Below, in pieces: positions 29,317 to 39,917 of a stretch of 64,000 nt of DNA. The notes below the pieces were generated by a model. It saw nothing but the letters and a program-made list of their open reading frames with translations, was not told where the DNA came from and searched no databases. Position 1 is the first letter of the stretch. Each line of letters opens with the position of its first letter. Both the position numbers and the translations under genes were made by a program. The DNA comes from an uncultured Verrucomicrobiales bacterium. Lineage in GTDB: Bacteria; Verrucomicrobiota; Verrucomicrobiia; Verrucomicrobiales; DEV007. The stretch lies in contig CALKOM010000022.1 in assembly GCA_938091905.1 (NCBI GenBank), forward strand, positions 1 through 64,000, written 5' to 3'.

Positions 29317-29991
29317 ATGACAACTCAATCTTTTTCTCTCACGGACCGCACCCAGGTGAAACGAAATCCGGGCCGTGCCGTGTATGATCGAGAGGTGATC
29401 TACGAAGTTCTAGACGAGGCCATGCTCGGTCACTTGGCCGTGGCCATCGATGGAGAGCCTTTCGTTCTTCTGACAATCCACACGCGGATTGGAGACACGC
29501 TCTACCTGCATGGCTCAAACCAGAATCGACTCTACAGGAAGATTGCAGAAGGGGCGAAGGCTTGTATCTCGATCACGATCCTCAATGGCCTGGTGTTGGC
29601 GCATTCTGGGCTTCATCATTCCATGAACTACCGAACCGTGGTCTTGTTTGCGAATGGTGAGAAAGTTGAAGATCGAGAGGAAGAATGGCGCGTCTTAGAG
29701 GCGCTTGTAGAGCAGATCGTTCCGGGGCGATGGGAGGATTCCCGTCAGCCGACCCTACAAAAGCTGAATGCCACCATGGTCATTGCCTTTCCTATCAATA
29801 AAGCCTCGGCCAAAGTCCGCAACGGCCCTCCGATCAACACGGACGCGGACCGCGAATTGCCTATTTGGGCTGGGGTGATGCCGATCAAGCTTTGCACGCA
29901 GGCGCCGATCACGGATACCGCTGGGCAAGAAGTTCCTGTGCCGGATTATGTGCGTGACTACGAGAAACTGCCTAGCGTTTCACTGCCATGA
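29317..29991 (+). CDS. Pyridoxamine 5'-phosphate oxidase-like flavin-nucleotide-binding protein
   Basis: RAVYDRE, LYLHGS, HHSMNYRTVV, SAKVRNGPP and WAGV motifs. Confidence 0.85.
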   Translation: MTTQSFSLTDRTQVKRNPGRAVYDREVIYEVLDEAMLGHLAVAIDGEPFVLLTIHTRIGDTLYLHGSNQNRLYRKIAEGAKACISITILNGLVLAHSGLHHSMNYRTVVLFANGEKVEDREEEWRVLEALVEQIVPGRWEDSRQPTLQKLNATMVIAFPINKASAKVRNGPPINTDADRELPIWAGVMPIKLCTQAPITDTAGQEVPVPDYVRDYEKLPSVSLP

Positions 29992-30593
29992 GCATGCTTC
30001 CATCTCTTGCTCTCTTTGCCCTGACAGCGTCGATCACTCCTGGGCCTAACAACGCCATGATCATGGCTTCAGGGGTGAATCACGGCGTCCGGAAAAGCCT
30101 TCCCCACTTTGCAGGCATCAACGTCGGCTTCTTCCTCATGGTCCTTGGCATCGGCTTCGGGCTCGGCGCGATCTTTGAAGCCGTTCCCGCCTTGCACAAT
30201 TTGATCAAGGTGTTGGGTATTCTTTACCTACTCTACCTGGCCTGGTTGATTGCCACGACACCGAACATGAATGAGACTCAATCGGTCGCCAAGCCGCTCA
30301 CCGTGATGCAAGCCGCGCTGTTCCAATGGGTCAATCCGAAGGCTTGGGTCATGATATCAGGTGCGATTGCCACGTTCACATCGTCGTCATCGAGCATCTA
30401 CTCACAAGTGCTGCTCGTGGCCGTCGTCTTCATCACCGTGGGCACCCCAAGTTGCCTCCTATGGCTCATGGGAGGCGTCGGTTTGCGGAGATTGCTGAAG
30501 AAGCCTAAGCATCTGAAAGAGTTCAATCTCGTGATGGCACTCTTGCTAGTTTCCTCTATCTCCCCGGTCATCTACGAACTCCTCTTCCCATGA
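29988..30593 (+). CDS. LysE-family exporter
   Basis: SITPGPNN, YLLYLAW and FQWVNPKAW motifs; several TM helices. Confidence 0.9.
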   Translation: MSMLPSLALFALTASITPGPNNAMIMASGVNHGVRKSLPHFAGINVGFFLMVLGIGFGLGAIFEAVPALHNLIKVLGILYLLYLAWLIATTPNMNETQSVAKPLTVMQAALFQWVNPKAWVMISGAIATFTSSSSSIYSQVLLVAVVFITVGTPSCLLWLMGGVGLRRLLKKPKHLKEFNLVMALLLVSSISPVIYELLFP

Positions 30594-31483
30594 GATCCCT
30601 TCCCTACTTTCTGTTAGACGTCTTTACCAACGAACCGTTTGGAGGAAATCCCTTGGCCGTCTTCCCAGATGCAGATGACGTGCCAGACGAACTCATGCAG
30701 AAGATCGCCAATGAACTGAATCTTTCAGAAACGACCTTCATTCAGAAGGCCCGCGCCGAGGGCAGCGACTGCACCGTGCGCATCTTTACCCCACAGAGCG
30801 AGATTCCAATGGCAGGTCATCCTACCATTGGGACAGCCTATGCCGTGCTCGCAAACAGCCTGCTGAATCCTGGGCAACCGACGCATTTGATCTTCGATGA
30901 AGGGGTGGGTCCGGTAAGAGTCGATTTCGAACACTGCGAAGACAAACCATGCAAGCTTGTCATGCACCAGCGGCCTCCACAATTCTTCGAGCCACTCGAT
31001 CATGCTTTGGTCGCGAACGCGCTGTCATTGAACGAATACGACCTCGAGCCAAACCTACCAGTGCAAATCGTCTCATGCGGCTTTCCGTTCATCCTCGCGC
31101 CAGCGCGTTCGTTGGATGCCGTGCGCCGTGCGAAGGTTCGACTCGATCTCTTGGAATCAAAACTCGGGCATCTCGAAAGCCAAGAGTTGCTTGTCTTCAC
31201 CCAAGAGACGGTGAATCGCGAATCCGATATCCACTGTCGAATGTTTGCGCCTCGGCTTGGTGTGCCTGAAGATCCAGCGACAGGCGGCGCCCATGGTCCA
31301 TTGGGATCCTATCTCGTTCGCCATGGCCTGTCCGACGGTAAACACATTGTGAGCGAGCAAGGCTATGCCATGGGTCGGCCTAGCAAGTTGGTCGTAGGTA
31401 TTGAATCCGTGGATGGGGAGATCACCGATGTCTCCGTCAGCGGCGAGTGTGTGCAAGTCGGTGAAGGGACCATTCGACTATGA
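30590..31483 (+). CDS. PhzF-family isomerase
   Basis: DVFT...GGNPLAV, NLSETTF, AGHPTIG, EDPATG and EQG...GRPS motifs. Confidence 0.92.
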   Translation: MRSLPYFLLDVFTNEPFGGNPLAVFPDADDVPDELMQKIANELNLSETTFIQKARAEGSDCTVRIFTPQSEIPMAGHPTIGTAYAVLANSLLNPGQPTHLIFDEGVGPVRVDFEHCEDKPCKLVMHQRPPQFFEPLDHALVANALSLNEYDLEPNLPVQIVSCGFPFILAPARSLDAVRRAKVRLDLLESKLGHLESQELLVFTQETVNRESDIHCRMFAPRLGVPEDPATGGAHGPLGSYLVRHGLSDGKHIVSEQGYAMGRPSKLVVGIESVDGEITDVSVSGECVQVGEGTIRL

Positions 31484-32160
31484 CCCAGCCAATCGGAGCC
31501 ACTCTTCCCGCGTGGACCGCTCGCGACCTCCCACCGACAGAACCGATGGTCGGCCGGTTCTGCCATCTGGTGCCTACTGATCTTGAACACGCTGCCAACT
31601 TGTTTGCAGCTTTCACGGAAGACCGAGATCACAGCAACTGGACCTACCTGCCTTATGGTCCGATTGAGAATATTGACAGTTTCACTCGTTGGATGAGGGC
31701 CAGGTGCACAGCAGCAGATCCCTTATTTCATACTATCATCGATAACGTCTCTCAGCTTCCGGTAGAACTTGCCTCCTGTCTCAGAATCGAACCAACCGTT
31801 GGCGTGATCGAAGTCGGGCACCTTCATTTCTCGCCCTTCTTGCAAAGGACACCCGCGGCTACCAAGGCCATGTTTCTCATGATGAAGCGGGTCTTTGATG
31901 AGTTAGGCTACCGTCGCTATGAATGGAAGTGTGATGCGCTGAATACACCTTCAAGAAGAGCGGCAGAACGGCTTGGATTTCAGTTCGAGGGCATCTTTAG
32001 GCAGGCGATCATTTACAATGGGCGAAACCGGGACACGGCTTGGTATTCCATCATGGACCAAGACTTGTCGGGGCTCAGCACGGCGTTTGAAAAGTGGTTA
32101 GCTTCCGACAATTTCGATTCCAACGGCGGACAGCGGTGCCGTTTGGAGTCGTTTCGCTAA
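31480..32160 (+). CDS. GNAT acetyltransferase (RimJ/RimL-like)
   Basis: WTYLPYGP, GYRRYEWKCDALN, AAERLGFQFEGIFRQ and RNRDTAWYS motifs. Confidence 0.9.
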   Translation: MTQPIGATLPAWTARDLPPTEPMVGRFCHLVPTDLEHAANLFAAFTEDRDHSNWTYLPYGPIENIDSFTRWMRARCTAADPLFHTIIDNVSQLPVELASCLRIEPTVGVIEVGHLHFSPFLQRTPAATKAMFLMMKRVFDELGYRRYEWKCDALNTPSRRAAERLGFQFEGIFRQAIIYNGRNRDTAWYSIMDQDLSGLSTAFEKWLASDNFDSNGGQRCRLESFR

Positions 32161-32201
32161 TTTAGTTTTCCCTGCGTCGAGGAATCTGCCAGCGTCACCG
32201 C

Positions 32202-33446
32202 ATGGGACTTGTCATCCGTAAGATTCGAGCGCACGACCTGAGATTTGACCTCCACGATGGTGCGGGGAGTGACGCTGTGCACACCGATCCCCAGTATGGC
32301 TATGCTGCCACCCAACTGCTAAGTGAGAGCAAGACGCAGGGAACGGGAATCGCCTACACCTTGGGAGGAGGGACCAACTTGGTGGCACAGGCCATTGAAT
32401 TGCTCTCGGAGCCGCTGGTGGGGCGAGAGATTGAGGAGCTCATGGCCGACTTTGGTAAGGTGCAGAAATCGATCGCGGAGCATCATCAGCTCCGCTGGCT
32501 CGGTCCTCACAAAGGTGTCATTCATCTGGCTCTGGCTTCGATTACCAACGCCTGCTTTGACCTCTGGGCGAAATCACGCCAAGTGCCCCTGTGGAAGCTC
32601 TTGTTAGATTTGACACCAAACGAATTGGCTCGCTTGATCGACTTTAGTTACTTAGAAGACGTCCTGACGACCAATGAGGCGATCGAGATCCTTGCGGAAA
32701 AGCTAACCTCAAGACCAGATAGAGATGAGATCTTGAAACAAGGCTATCCTGGCTACGATACCTCTGTCGGTTGGTTCGCCTACAGCGATGCCAAGCTGAT
32801 CGAGAACGCTAAGCGTGCGGTGGATGCGGGATTCACCGCCATGAAGTTGAAAGTGGGATCGCCCGATCCCGCCGACGATGTGAGACGAGCGCGACTCGTG
32901 CGTGAAGCCGTGGGTCCAAGCGTGAACATCATGACCGACGCCAACCAAGCGTGGAGCGTGCCCATGGCCCTCGATGTTTGTGCCCAGCTTGCAGAGATCA
33001 ATCCAGGTTGGGTGGAAGAGCCTACTCAGCCCGATGATGTGTTAGGCCATCAAACCATTGCACATGCCATCGCGCCCGTTCCTGTGGCGATTGGGGAAAC
33101 GGTGTCCAATCGCGTGCTGTGGAAGAATTTCCTAGAGGCGGGCGCTGTCGGTGTCGTCCAAGCGGATTGCACCCGACTGGCCGGCATTAGCGAGTACCTG
33201 GCGGTGACGATCTTAGCGACCAAATACCCGGTTAAGGTCATTCCCCACGTGGGCGACATGGGTCAGATCCATCATCACCTGGTCTTCTTCAACCACATTG
33301 CCCTGGGACATGAGAAGCAGTTCCTCGAATACATCCCGCACCTTCGTGAACACTTTACATCACCTGCCGAAGTCCTGGATGGAGCCTATCAGTTGCCTCA
33401 AGAGCCCGGTTGTTCGACGGGGTTAACAGCATTAGTAGAATCGTAG
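32202..33446 (+). CDS. L-fuconate dehydratase-like enolase-superfamily enzyme
   Basis: GSDAVHTDP, LRWLGPHKGVIHLA, KLKVG, DANQ, WVEEPT, GE and LEYIPHLREHF motifs match the FucD/ENOSF1 subgroup. Confidence 0.85.
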   Translation: MGLVIRKIRAHDLRFDLHDGAGSDAVHTDPQYGYAATQLLSESKTQGTGIAYTLGGGTNLVAQAIELLSEPLVGREIEELMADFGKVQKSIAEHHQLRWLGPHKGVIHLALASITNACFDLWAKSRQVPLWKLLLDLTPNELARLIDFSYLEDVLTTNEAIEILAEKLTSRPDRDEILKQGYPGYDTSVGWFAYSDAKLIENAKRAVDAGFTAMKLKVGSPDPADDVRRARLVREAVGPSVNIMTDANQAWSVPMALDVCAQLAEINPGWVEEPTQPDDVLGHQTIAHAIAPVPVAIGETVSNRVLWKNFLEAGAVGVVQADCTRLAGISEYLAVTILATKYPVKVIPHVGDMGQIHHHLVFFNHIALGHEKQFLEYIPHLREHFTSPAEVLDGAYQLPQEPGCSTGLTALVES

Positions 33447-33501
33447 CAAACGTCGGTGCAGACCGGTCAGCATTGCCAAGTACAGGGATACTCAATGCAG
33501 G

Positions 33502-36500
33502 TCAGGGTTCTAACCGTTTCACGCGGACTGAGCGAAATCGGTAGGCACCGCCACGCCCATGGTGCTGGAGCGCGATGTAGCCTTGCTTGAAACGATCATC
33601 CTCGATCTCAGCCGTCGGAATGCCGTTCACATAGTGGCGAATGGTGGCCCCACGGCATTCGATGCGAATCCGATTCCAGTCATCGCGGCGGAAACTTCCT
33701 TTGGTCATTTCAAGAAACTGACCTGCACTTTCAGGATCACGCTTCGTGGGCCAGATCCAGCCGCCTGCCCCGATGGCGTAGAGCCCACCTGTTAGGCGTC
33801 GGTCCGTCCCATCGATCTCAAATTGATACCCTTTGGGTTTGCCCTTTGCACCTTGGCAACGGTAGGCAATGCCGGAATTGATTCCTTCATTTCCCTCGGC
33901 GGAAGGCGGCAGCTTAACCTCGGCTTCCAGGATGAAATTGTCGAAGACGCGGTCGTGGGCCAGCCAAAGATTCTTCTTCGCTCGCAGTTGGATTTCACCG
34001 TTGTAAACGGAAACATCGCCCGCAGTACGCGCCTGCCAACCTGTTAGGGTCCCTCCATCGAAGAGCCGAATCCATTCCCCTGACTTGCCTTTCTTCTTCG
34101 CGTTCTGATCGTGAACGGGTGCCGTTTGCTGCCACCGTCGGCCATCGGGAACCCCATTGATCGTCCAGTAAAGTTCTTCTTCAAACACCTCAGCGCTGAA
34201 TTTCGGCTTGAGACGCAATCTCAGATGCAGCTGATTGGCGGGTTGCAGGTCAGGAATATGGAGCACTACACCTCGCCCGTCCGCCGTGCGTTCGGCCGAC
34301 GTGACGACGACGGTGTCTTTGCCCTTCTCGTTCGGCTCTTTGACTGACCAATTCTCCGAGCCGTAGCGAGGCAGCCATCGGTAATTCCATTGCTCGATGG
34401 TGTAATTCTCCAATTGAGTCACACTGTCAGGGTCGAGAGCAAAGTTGAATCCCAACTCCAACCCGTCGTCGCGCACGGCTGCTTGAGTCACCATGGAGAG
34501 TGGCTTCCCCGTGTAGCGCACGCGGAAAAGGCCACCCTCGCCCAGCCCCTTGCGGCCATTTCCATTCCAGCCATTCAACCCAACGGTGTAGACTTGCCCG
34601 TCCAATGGATTCACACGAGCGCGCATGATCCCGGTCTCGAAGTCCATCGGGAGCCGCACGACAGCGGCCTGCGACACGTCGCCGAATTCCTGAAGGAGAA
34701 AGTAGTAGAGCCAGCCTTTCCCAAAGCTGGTGTGCAAGAAACGTCCTGACAAAGGTCCCCAGCGACCATCTTCGACCCAAAGTTGGCCACCTGAGGAATT
34801 GTCAACGTGTTGGGGCAACCAGATCAACGGCTGATCGAAGTCCTGAGGCAGGGCTTCCTCGCGGTGGTCGATCCGCCCGCCGTCCGGGGCCCAGGAGCCT
34901 GGCCGAGCGTGCGTTTGCGCGTAGCCATAGTAACCGCCGGGCTTGATAAGACTGACTTTGGACGCGGGTATCCAGTTTCCCTGATTGTCACTGACCGTAA
35001 GCCGATCGTCTGGCAGAATCCCCATCCCGTTAGGCGTACGGAAACCAGTAGCAATCATCTCACGACTCGCTCCATCGGCTGACACTTTAATTAAACCGCC
35101 AGGGAAAGCGTGGCTTGTGTACTGGCCAGCTTTGACGTAGTAGAAGTTGCCCGCGCGATCGCGCATGAGATCGAAGTTGTAGGCATGGAAGAATGTGGAG
35201 ACGTCCTCATCGGCGGAGAAGGATTCGTAGAAATCCGCCTCGCCGTCCGCGTTTAGATCTCGCAAACGCACCAATCGATCCCGGCACGTCGCGAAGACGT
35301 CCTGACCCACGACTTGCAGGCCAAAGGGCTCAAACAATCCCGCCGCGAAGCGCTTCCACTCCAAGTGATCGGTCCCACGTTCGAGCCCTCGCACCGTCCA
35401 GATATCTCCTCCATGAGTCGAGACGTAGAGGAGGCCGTCATCATCAAAAGCCAGCGCGGAAGTCCGAAACCACGTATTCCAAGGGGTCTTTTCAGGGACA
35501 GGCAAGGTATCGATCACGTAGGCGTCGGCATCGCCTCCTGAGAGCCCTTGCGTGACCAAGTTCTCCGGCCAGCGAAGTAGTCCCCCGTTCGTGAGTGCGC
35601 GCAGGTCTGGTAGCATTTCTTCCTGACTCTTCCATTGCAACAAACCGCGAAACGAATCCAAGGCTGGCTGACCCGAGCCCGTCGTTCGAACGATCTGAAA
35701 TCTCAGCGCGTCTTCAGAGGCCGGGATATGGAGAACCAATCGGTTACCCTGGGCGTCCGGCTCCAGGCGAACCGGAGCCGTGTCTCCCACCAAGCCAATG
35801 CCGACAAAGGCGTCTGGATCACCAAGAATCGCCAATCCGGGCTCGATCACGTGGGGCGTCGGCAACTCAGCCACGGCCACCTTTAAGTCTTTGTCAGACC
35901 GCTCGACACGCAAGGTCTGCGTTACAGCCTCAGCTCCGCGTTGTTTCCCCGGCATTTCCAAGATCGAGCGGCCGTCGATGGCATAGGACAAGACGACTTG
36001 GTCGCCATGCACATAGTGCCCCTGATAGTCCAACCAAGTCTCGGGCATCGGCCCGCGAGGGAGGAGATTCTCTTTGGGGTAGCCTAGCAGTCCATCATGC
36101 GCCCATTGCCAGATCTGCAACCCAGAGATGGGGGTGCCAGCGGGTTTGGGGTTGCCTTCGCCACGCAATCGTTCGTGCTGGGTCTCCGAGAGATCGAGGA
36201 AGCCGCCCTTCCACAAGCCCACCATGTCCATGGAATGGAGATCATAGGCCATCGCATGATCGTCTGCCAACTTGACCGTGAGTACGCTAACGTGATCCTT
36301 ACCAAGTTGCGACGCGATGGCCGTTCCGAAGTCGCGTTCGGCACTTGAGCGATCCGTGATTGGGGTCTCGTCTTCCAGTGCCATTGCTTGGAGCTTGCCA
36401 AAGTAGGCCTCATCGAGGGGCACGTGATCAGCGCGGCTCTTGAGAAAGGTTTCTCGAATGTAGTGAATGACATCATAACGTTCCTCGGGCGACATCCACT

Positions 36501-36819
36501 GCTGCGGTGCCATGAGTCCGTTTCCATGAGTCAGGGTCTTGAACATCGCATAGGCATCGAGCCCGAATTTCATCGTCCCTGTGGTGAAGGCCGGTGCCAG
36601 AGGCAAAGACGGGGTGTTGCCATCAGCCCCATGGCAATTCAGGCAAAGCCCTTGGTAAAGCCGTTCGCCCCGTTCGAATTGAGCCGACCCCAGCTCTCTC
36701 AAATACTCGATATGATCAAACGAGTTCGTCTCTGCGTGGATTGATTGTGAAAGGGTAAGCGCGATCGCAACGAGCCCTCCGAAGTAACGGGTGAAGTGAG
36801 CGAGATTTCGGGAGATCAT
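33502..36819 (-). CDS. Exported cytochrome c + beta-propeller + DUF1080-type multidomain protein
   Basis: Signal peptide, CLNCH heme motif, propeller motifs (GFRTPNG, DNQGNW) and C-terminal LFDGGTLTGW...NSGI...DWN...GYIALQHH. Confidence 0.8.
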   Translation of the reverse strand: MISRNLAHFTRYFGGLVAIALTLSQSIHAETNSFDHIEYLRELGSAQFERGERLYQGLCLNCHGADGNTPSLPLAPAFTTGTMKFGLDAYAMFKTLTHGNGLMAPQQWMSPEERYDVIHYIRETFLKSRADHVPLDEAYFGKLQAMALEDETPITDRSSAERDFGTAIASQLGKDHVSVLTVKLADDHAMAYDLHSMDMVGLWKGGFLDLSETQHERLRGEGNPKPAGTPISGLQIWQWAHDGLLGYPKENLLPRGPMPETWLDYQGHYVHGDQVVLSYAIDGRSILEMPGKQRGAEAVTQTLRVERSDKDLKVAVAELPTPHVIEPGLAILGDPDAFVGIGLVGDTAPVRLEPDAQGNRLVLHIPASEDALRFQIVRTTGSGQPALDSFRGLLQWKSQEEMLPDLRALTNGGLLRWPENLVTQGLSGGDADAYVIDTLPVPEKTPWNTWFRTSALAFDDDGLLYVSTHGGDIWTVRGLERGTDHLEWKRFAAGLFEPFGLQVVGQDVFATCRDRLVRLRDLNADGEADFYESFSADEDVSTFFHAYNFDLMRDRAGNFYYVKAGQYTSHAFPGGLIKVSADGASREMIATGFRTPNGMGILPDDRLTVSDNQGNWIPASKVSLIKPGGYYGYAQTHARPGSWAPDGGRIDHREEALPQDFDQPLIWLPQHVDNSSGGQLWVEDGRWGPLSGRFLHTSFGKGWLYYFLLQEFGDVSQAAVVRLPMDFETGIMRARVNPLDGQVYTVGLNGWNGNGRKGLGEGGLFRVRYTGKPLSMVTQAAVRDDGLELGFNFALDPDSVTQLENYTIEQWNYRWLPRYGSENWSVKEPNEKGKDTVVVTSAERTADGRGVVLHIPDLQPANQLHLRLRLKPKFSAEVFEEELYWTINGVPDGRRWQQTAPVHDQNAKKKGKSGEWIRLFDGGTLTGWQARTAGDVSVYNGEIQLRAKKNLWLAHDRVFDNFILEAEVKLPPSAEGNEGINSGIAYRCQGAKGKPKGYQFEIDGTDRRLTGGLYAIGAGGWIWPTKRDPESAGQFLEMTKGSFRRDDWNRIRIECRGATIRHYVNGIPTAEIEDDRFKQGYIALQHHGRGGAYRFRSVRVKRLEP

Positions 36820-36886
36820 GGGGATATCTTAGACGGGGTGAACTTAGGCAAAGTTTCATTAACACCGAATCTTGGCGAAGTCTTGA

Positions 36887-38644
36887 TCACCAGAAGACAA
36901 CGAAGATCAGCGCCAAGGCGATTACCCACACAATCAGGCCGAGGATGAGCGGTAGCTTGGCTCCCGAACGTTGATCCACACTGCCGCCACCCTCAATCTG
37001 GCTAACAATTTCCTTCTGACTTCGCGCCAGCCAGCCCTCCGTCTGGTCAGCCTGAACGAGCAAGTCCTCTTTCGGTGTCCAACCTCGAATCAGCGTCACT
37101 ACAAGCATCGTCACCGCAGTCACCAGACAACCGAGCGGAGCGGTCGCATAACTATTCATCAACCCTGAAGGCATTAGCCAGATGTCAGAATTCACGGCTA
37201 AGCCAGGAGCTACTAATGCAATGACGCCAAAGAGCACACCGACAACCAGGCCTGGCAACGCGGACGAACGGTGGACGCGGGTGAAGGCTCCCAGGACATA
37301 GACGACTAGCAATGGAACAACAAAGGCACCAACTACTGAAAGATAGGTAAAGATCATCCCCTGAGCTAGCAGGGCCGGCACATAAATAAATGACCCGAAG
37401 ATGATTGTCGGAGTGAGCCAACGCCCCACTGACAGGTAGTGGTTGTCATCGCGATCTTTCACCAAAAGTCGTCCATAGACGTCACGTGTAATCAGGGCCG
37501 AAAGCGTCGATCCAATCGAGTCGAACGTTGAGAATGCAGCCGCGAAGATGCCAGCAACAACCAAGCCGGTCAGACCGGGTCCCCCATACTGTTGAAGAAC
37601 GTAAGGGAAGATGTTATCAGCGTGCCCATCAGGCAGTGACGAGAGATCTGGAAATAAGCCTCTGCCCATCACGCCAAGGCCGAGCGATAGGTACGTGGCT
37701 AAGATCAAGAGCAGTCCAGCTGGAACAATGGCCATCTTCAGGTGCCATTCGCTTCTGGAGCCTAGCAAACGCATGGATTGCGTGTGATTGACGATTGAAT
37801 AGGCAAACCCGACGATCGAAAAACTCAATACAATTAGCCAAGCGGGCGTTGTCCGCGTGATTTCTCGTAGCTCGGGATCATAGGTACCACCGATCTTAAG
37901 ATGACGCTGCATGATATCCTCAGAGAATTCACTAGCATCCACAGATTCAGTGCGATCACTCCCAATGTGCATGGTCTGGTTCGCCAGTGCCGAATCTGTT
38001 TCTGCAATCTTTGCTTCAAGCCCGCTCCAACCGCCAACTTCTTTCGAGACCGTACCGAAGATGACGATGGCCGCGACGAGAATCACCAAGGCTTGAAGCG
38101 CATCCGTAATAGCGACTGATCGCAAGCCACCCGCCATGGTGTAAATCGTTGCAATCAACGCCACGGCAACGACACAGAGCCAGGCTTGCGAGTCTCCCCA
38201 ACCACACACAACGGTTAACGTTAGGAAGATCGCGGTGCTGATCATTCCAATCATCACCGTTCGATACAGCACTTGCACCAACACGCTAATTACCCGAGCA
38301 CCAACGCCAAAGCGCGCTTCGAGATACTCAGCATTGGTGTACATTCCACGCCGATACATCGGAATGGCAATGACATGCGCCAGGAGCAGCCAGCCACCGA
38401 TCACACCGACAAGGTTGGGGACAAACAGACGAACACCAAGACTGTAAGCGCCCCCGGTGTCGGCTACCAAATCCGCTGAATCGATCAACGTCGCATAGAG
38501 AGACATCCCAACAATCCAGAAAGGCAAGGAGCGCCCCGCCAAGAACCAATCGCCGCTGGAGTGGGTATCGCGACTGCGGACTAGCGCGTAAACAATGACC
38601 GAGCCATTGAGAACGACGACGATCAGCCAGTCGAGAAGCGTCAT
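36887..38644 (-). CDS. Sodium:solute symporter family transporter
   Basis: WFLAGRSLPFW, EYLEARF, YTMAGGLRSVAITD motifs; many TM helices. Confidence 0.92.
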   Translation of the reverse strand: MTLLDWLIVVVLNGSVIVYALVRSRDTHSSGDWFLAGRSLPFWIVGMSLYATLIDSADLVADTGGAYSLGVRLFVPNLVGVIGGWLLLAHVIAIPMYRRGMYTNAEYLEARFGVGARVISVLVQVLYRTVMIGMISTAIFLTLTVVCGWGDSQAWLCVVAVALIATIYTMAGGLRSVAITDALQALVILVAAIVIFGTVSKEVGGWSGLEAKIAETDSALANQTMHIGSDRTESVDASEFSEDIMQRHLKIGGTYDPELREITRTTPAWLIVLSFSIVGFAYSIVNHTQSMRLLGSRSEWHLKMAIVPAGLLLILATYLSLGLGVMGRGLFPDLSSLPDGHADNIFPYVLQQYGGPGLTGLVVAGIFAAAFSTFDSIGSTLSALITRDVYGRLLVKDRDDNHYLSVGRWLTPTIIFGSFIYVPALLAQGMIFTYLSVVGAFVVPLLVVYVLGAFTRVHRSSALPGLVVGVLFGVIALVAPGLAVNSDIWLMPSGLMNSYATAPLGCLVTAVTMLVVTLIRGWTPKEDLLVQADQTEGWLARSQKEIVSQIEGGGSVDQRSGAKLPLILGLIVWVIALALIFVVFW

Positions 38645-38655
38645 TTAGGAATCCG

Positions 38656-39825
38656 TTAGGTAAAGATTTTGTCATTCACTGTGACACCCAATCCGGGCTC
38701 CCTGGACATCGTGACATACCCACCACTTGGCTGCGGCTCTCCATGAAAAATGGGTTCGCGGTCTACATCTGGGAGTTCGTCCCAACACGGCACCGGGAAG
38801 TGCTCGATCATCGGCACATTCGTATGCCCTTGGGCAAAGTGCAAGTGCACGGGGCCATAAGCATGCGGAATGACGTTGAGTCCCGCAGCTGCTGCAAGTG
38901 CCGCAATCTTACGCGCTACAGTAAAACCACCACAACGCCTGAGATCAGGTTGAAGAATGTCCATCGCGCCTTTCTCGATGATCTGCTGAAACCCAAAGTG
39001 CGTGTACTCATGCTCTCCTCCAGAGATGGGGATGTTCGTCTCTTGCCGCAGCTTGGCATAGCTGTTCAGATCATCGGGTAGGAAGGCTTCCTCAAGCCAA
39101 GCGAGTCGGTAGGGTTCTAGCAGGCGCACCATCTTCTTAGCGTAAGCGAAATCCCACCCCATGTAGGCGTCCGCCATGATCTCGATGTCATCGCCCACGG
39201 CGTCACGGACGTTTGCCACGTGGCGCTCATTCTCTCGCATGCCATCAATCCCATCGCCGGGACCAAAGGGGAATCGCATCTTCATGGCCTGATAGCCGTC
39301 AGCGACGTAGGCCTTAGCTTCAGCCGCAACCTTCTCATGCCCAACGGGATGCAAAGCCGAGGCGTAGACAGGGATGGTCTCTCGCACGGGACCGCCGAAC
39401 AGTTCGTAGACTGGCTTGCCAACAGATTTCCCAGCAATGTCCCACAAGGCGATATCGATGGCACTGATGGCATGTAAGGCACTGCCTTTGCGTCCATACG
39501 GCAGCGAGGCTCGAAACAGCCGATCCCAAAGCCCTTCAATCTCCGCCGCATCCTGACCGACCAACAAGCGAGACAGATGATTGTCGATGATTCTAGCAGT
39601 CGCATCACAACCATCCTCACACCAACCATGACCGATGATCCCGTCTACCGTCTCGATCTCCACCACGGCCATGCCCGATTCCCAGAACCAAGACCCGCGC
39701 GTCTCTTGGAACTGAGGGTAGATATCTAGCGGCGTCACTAACGGAAGCGTCTTCTCCCTTTCTGCCAGATGCCCCCAGATTGAACGGTTCACATGGCTTA
39801 CGGAAACAGAGTTAATCTTATTCAT
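38656..39825 (-). CDS. L-rhamnonate dehydratase-like mandelate racemase family enzyme
   Basis: PYGRKG, SAIDIALWD, KMRFPFGP, DAYM, WLEE, GEHE, QPD and PH motifs. Confidence 0.8.
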   Translation of the reverse strand: MNKINSVSVSHVNRSIWGHLAEREKTLPLVTPLDIYPQFQETRGSWFWESGMAVVEIETVDGIIGHGWCEDGCDATARIIDNHLSRLLVGQDAAEIEGLWDRLFRASLPYGRKGSALHAISAIDIALWDIAGKSVGKPVYELFGGPVRETIPVYASALHPVGHEKVAAEAKAYVADGYQAMKMRFPFGPGDGIDGMRENERHVANVRDAVGDDIEIMADAYMGWDFAYAKKMVRLLEPYRLAWLEEAFLPDDLNSYAKLRQETNIPISGGEHEYTHFGFQQIIEKGAMDILQPDLRRCGGFTVARKIAALAAAAGLNVIPHAYGPVHLHFAQGHTNVPMIEHFPVPCWDELPDVDREPIFHGEPQPSGGYVTMSREPGLGVTVNDKIFT

Positions 39826-39844
39826 AACGTGAAGTTCTCAATGA

Positions 39845-39869
39845 CTACCGGCCCTACCGGCCCTACCGG
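39845..39869. repeat. 9-bp tandem repeat (CTACCGGCC) x ~2.8
   Basis: CTACCGGCC-CTACCGGCC-CTACCGG seen directly, about 20 bp upstream of the dehydratase start. Confidence 0.7.
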
Positions 39870-39917
39870 GTTGAGACCGATGACAGATACAGAAGTAAAG
39901 CTGACTAAATCAACTCC

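Noticed and set aside
30590..31483. Phenazine biosynthesis cluster
   Set aside because: Only a lone PhzF homologue; no phzA/B/D/E genes.
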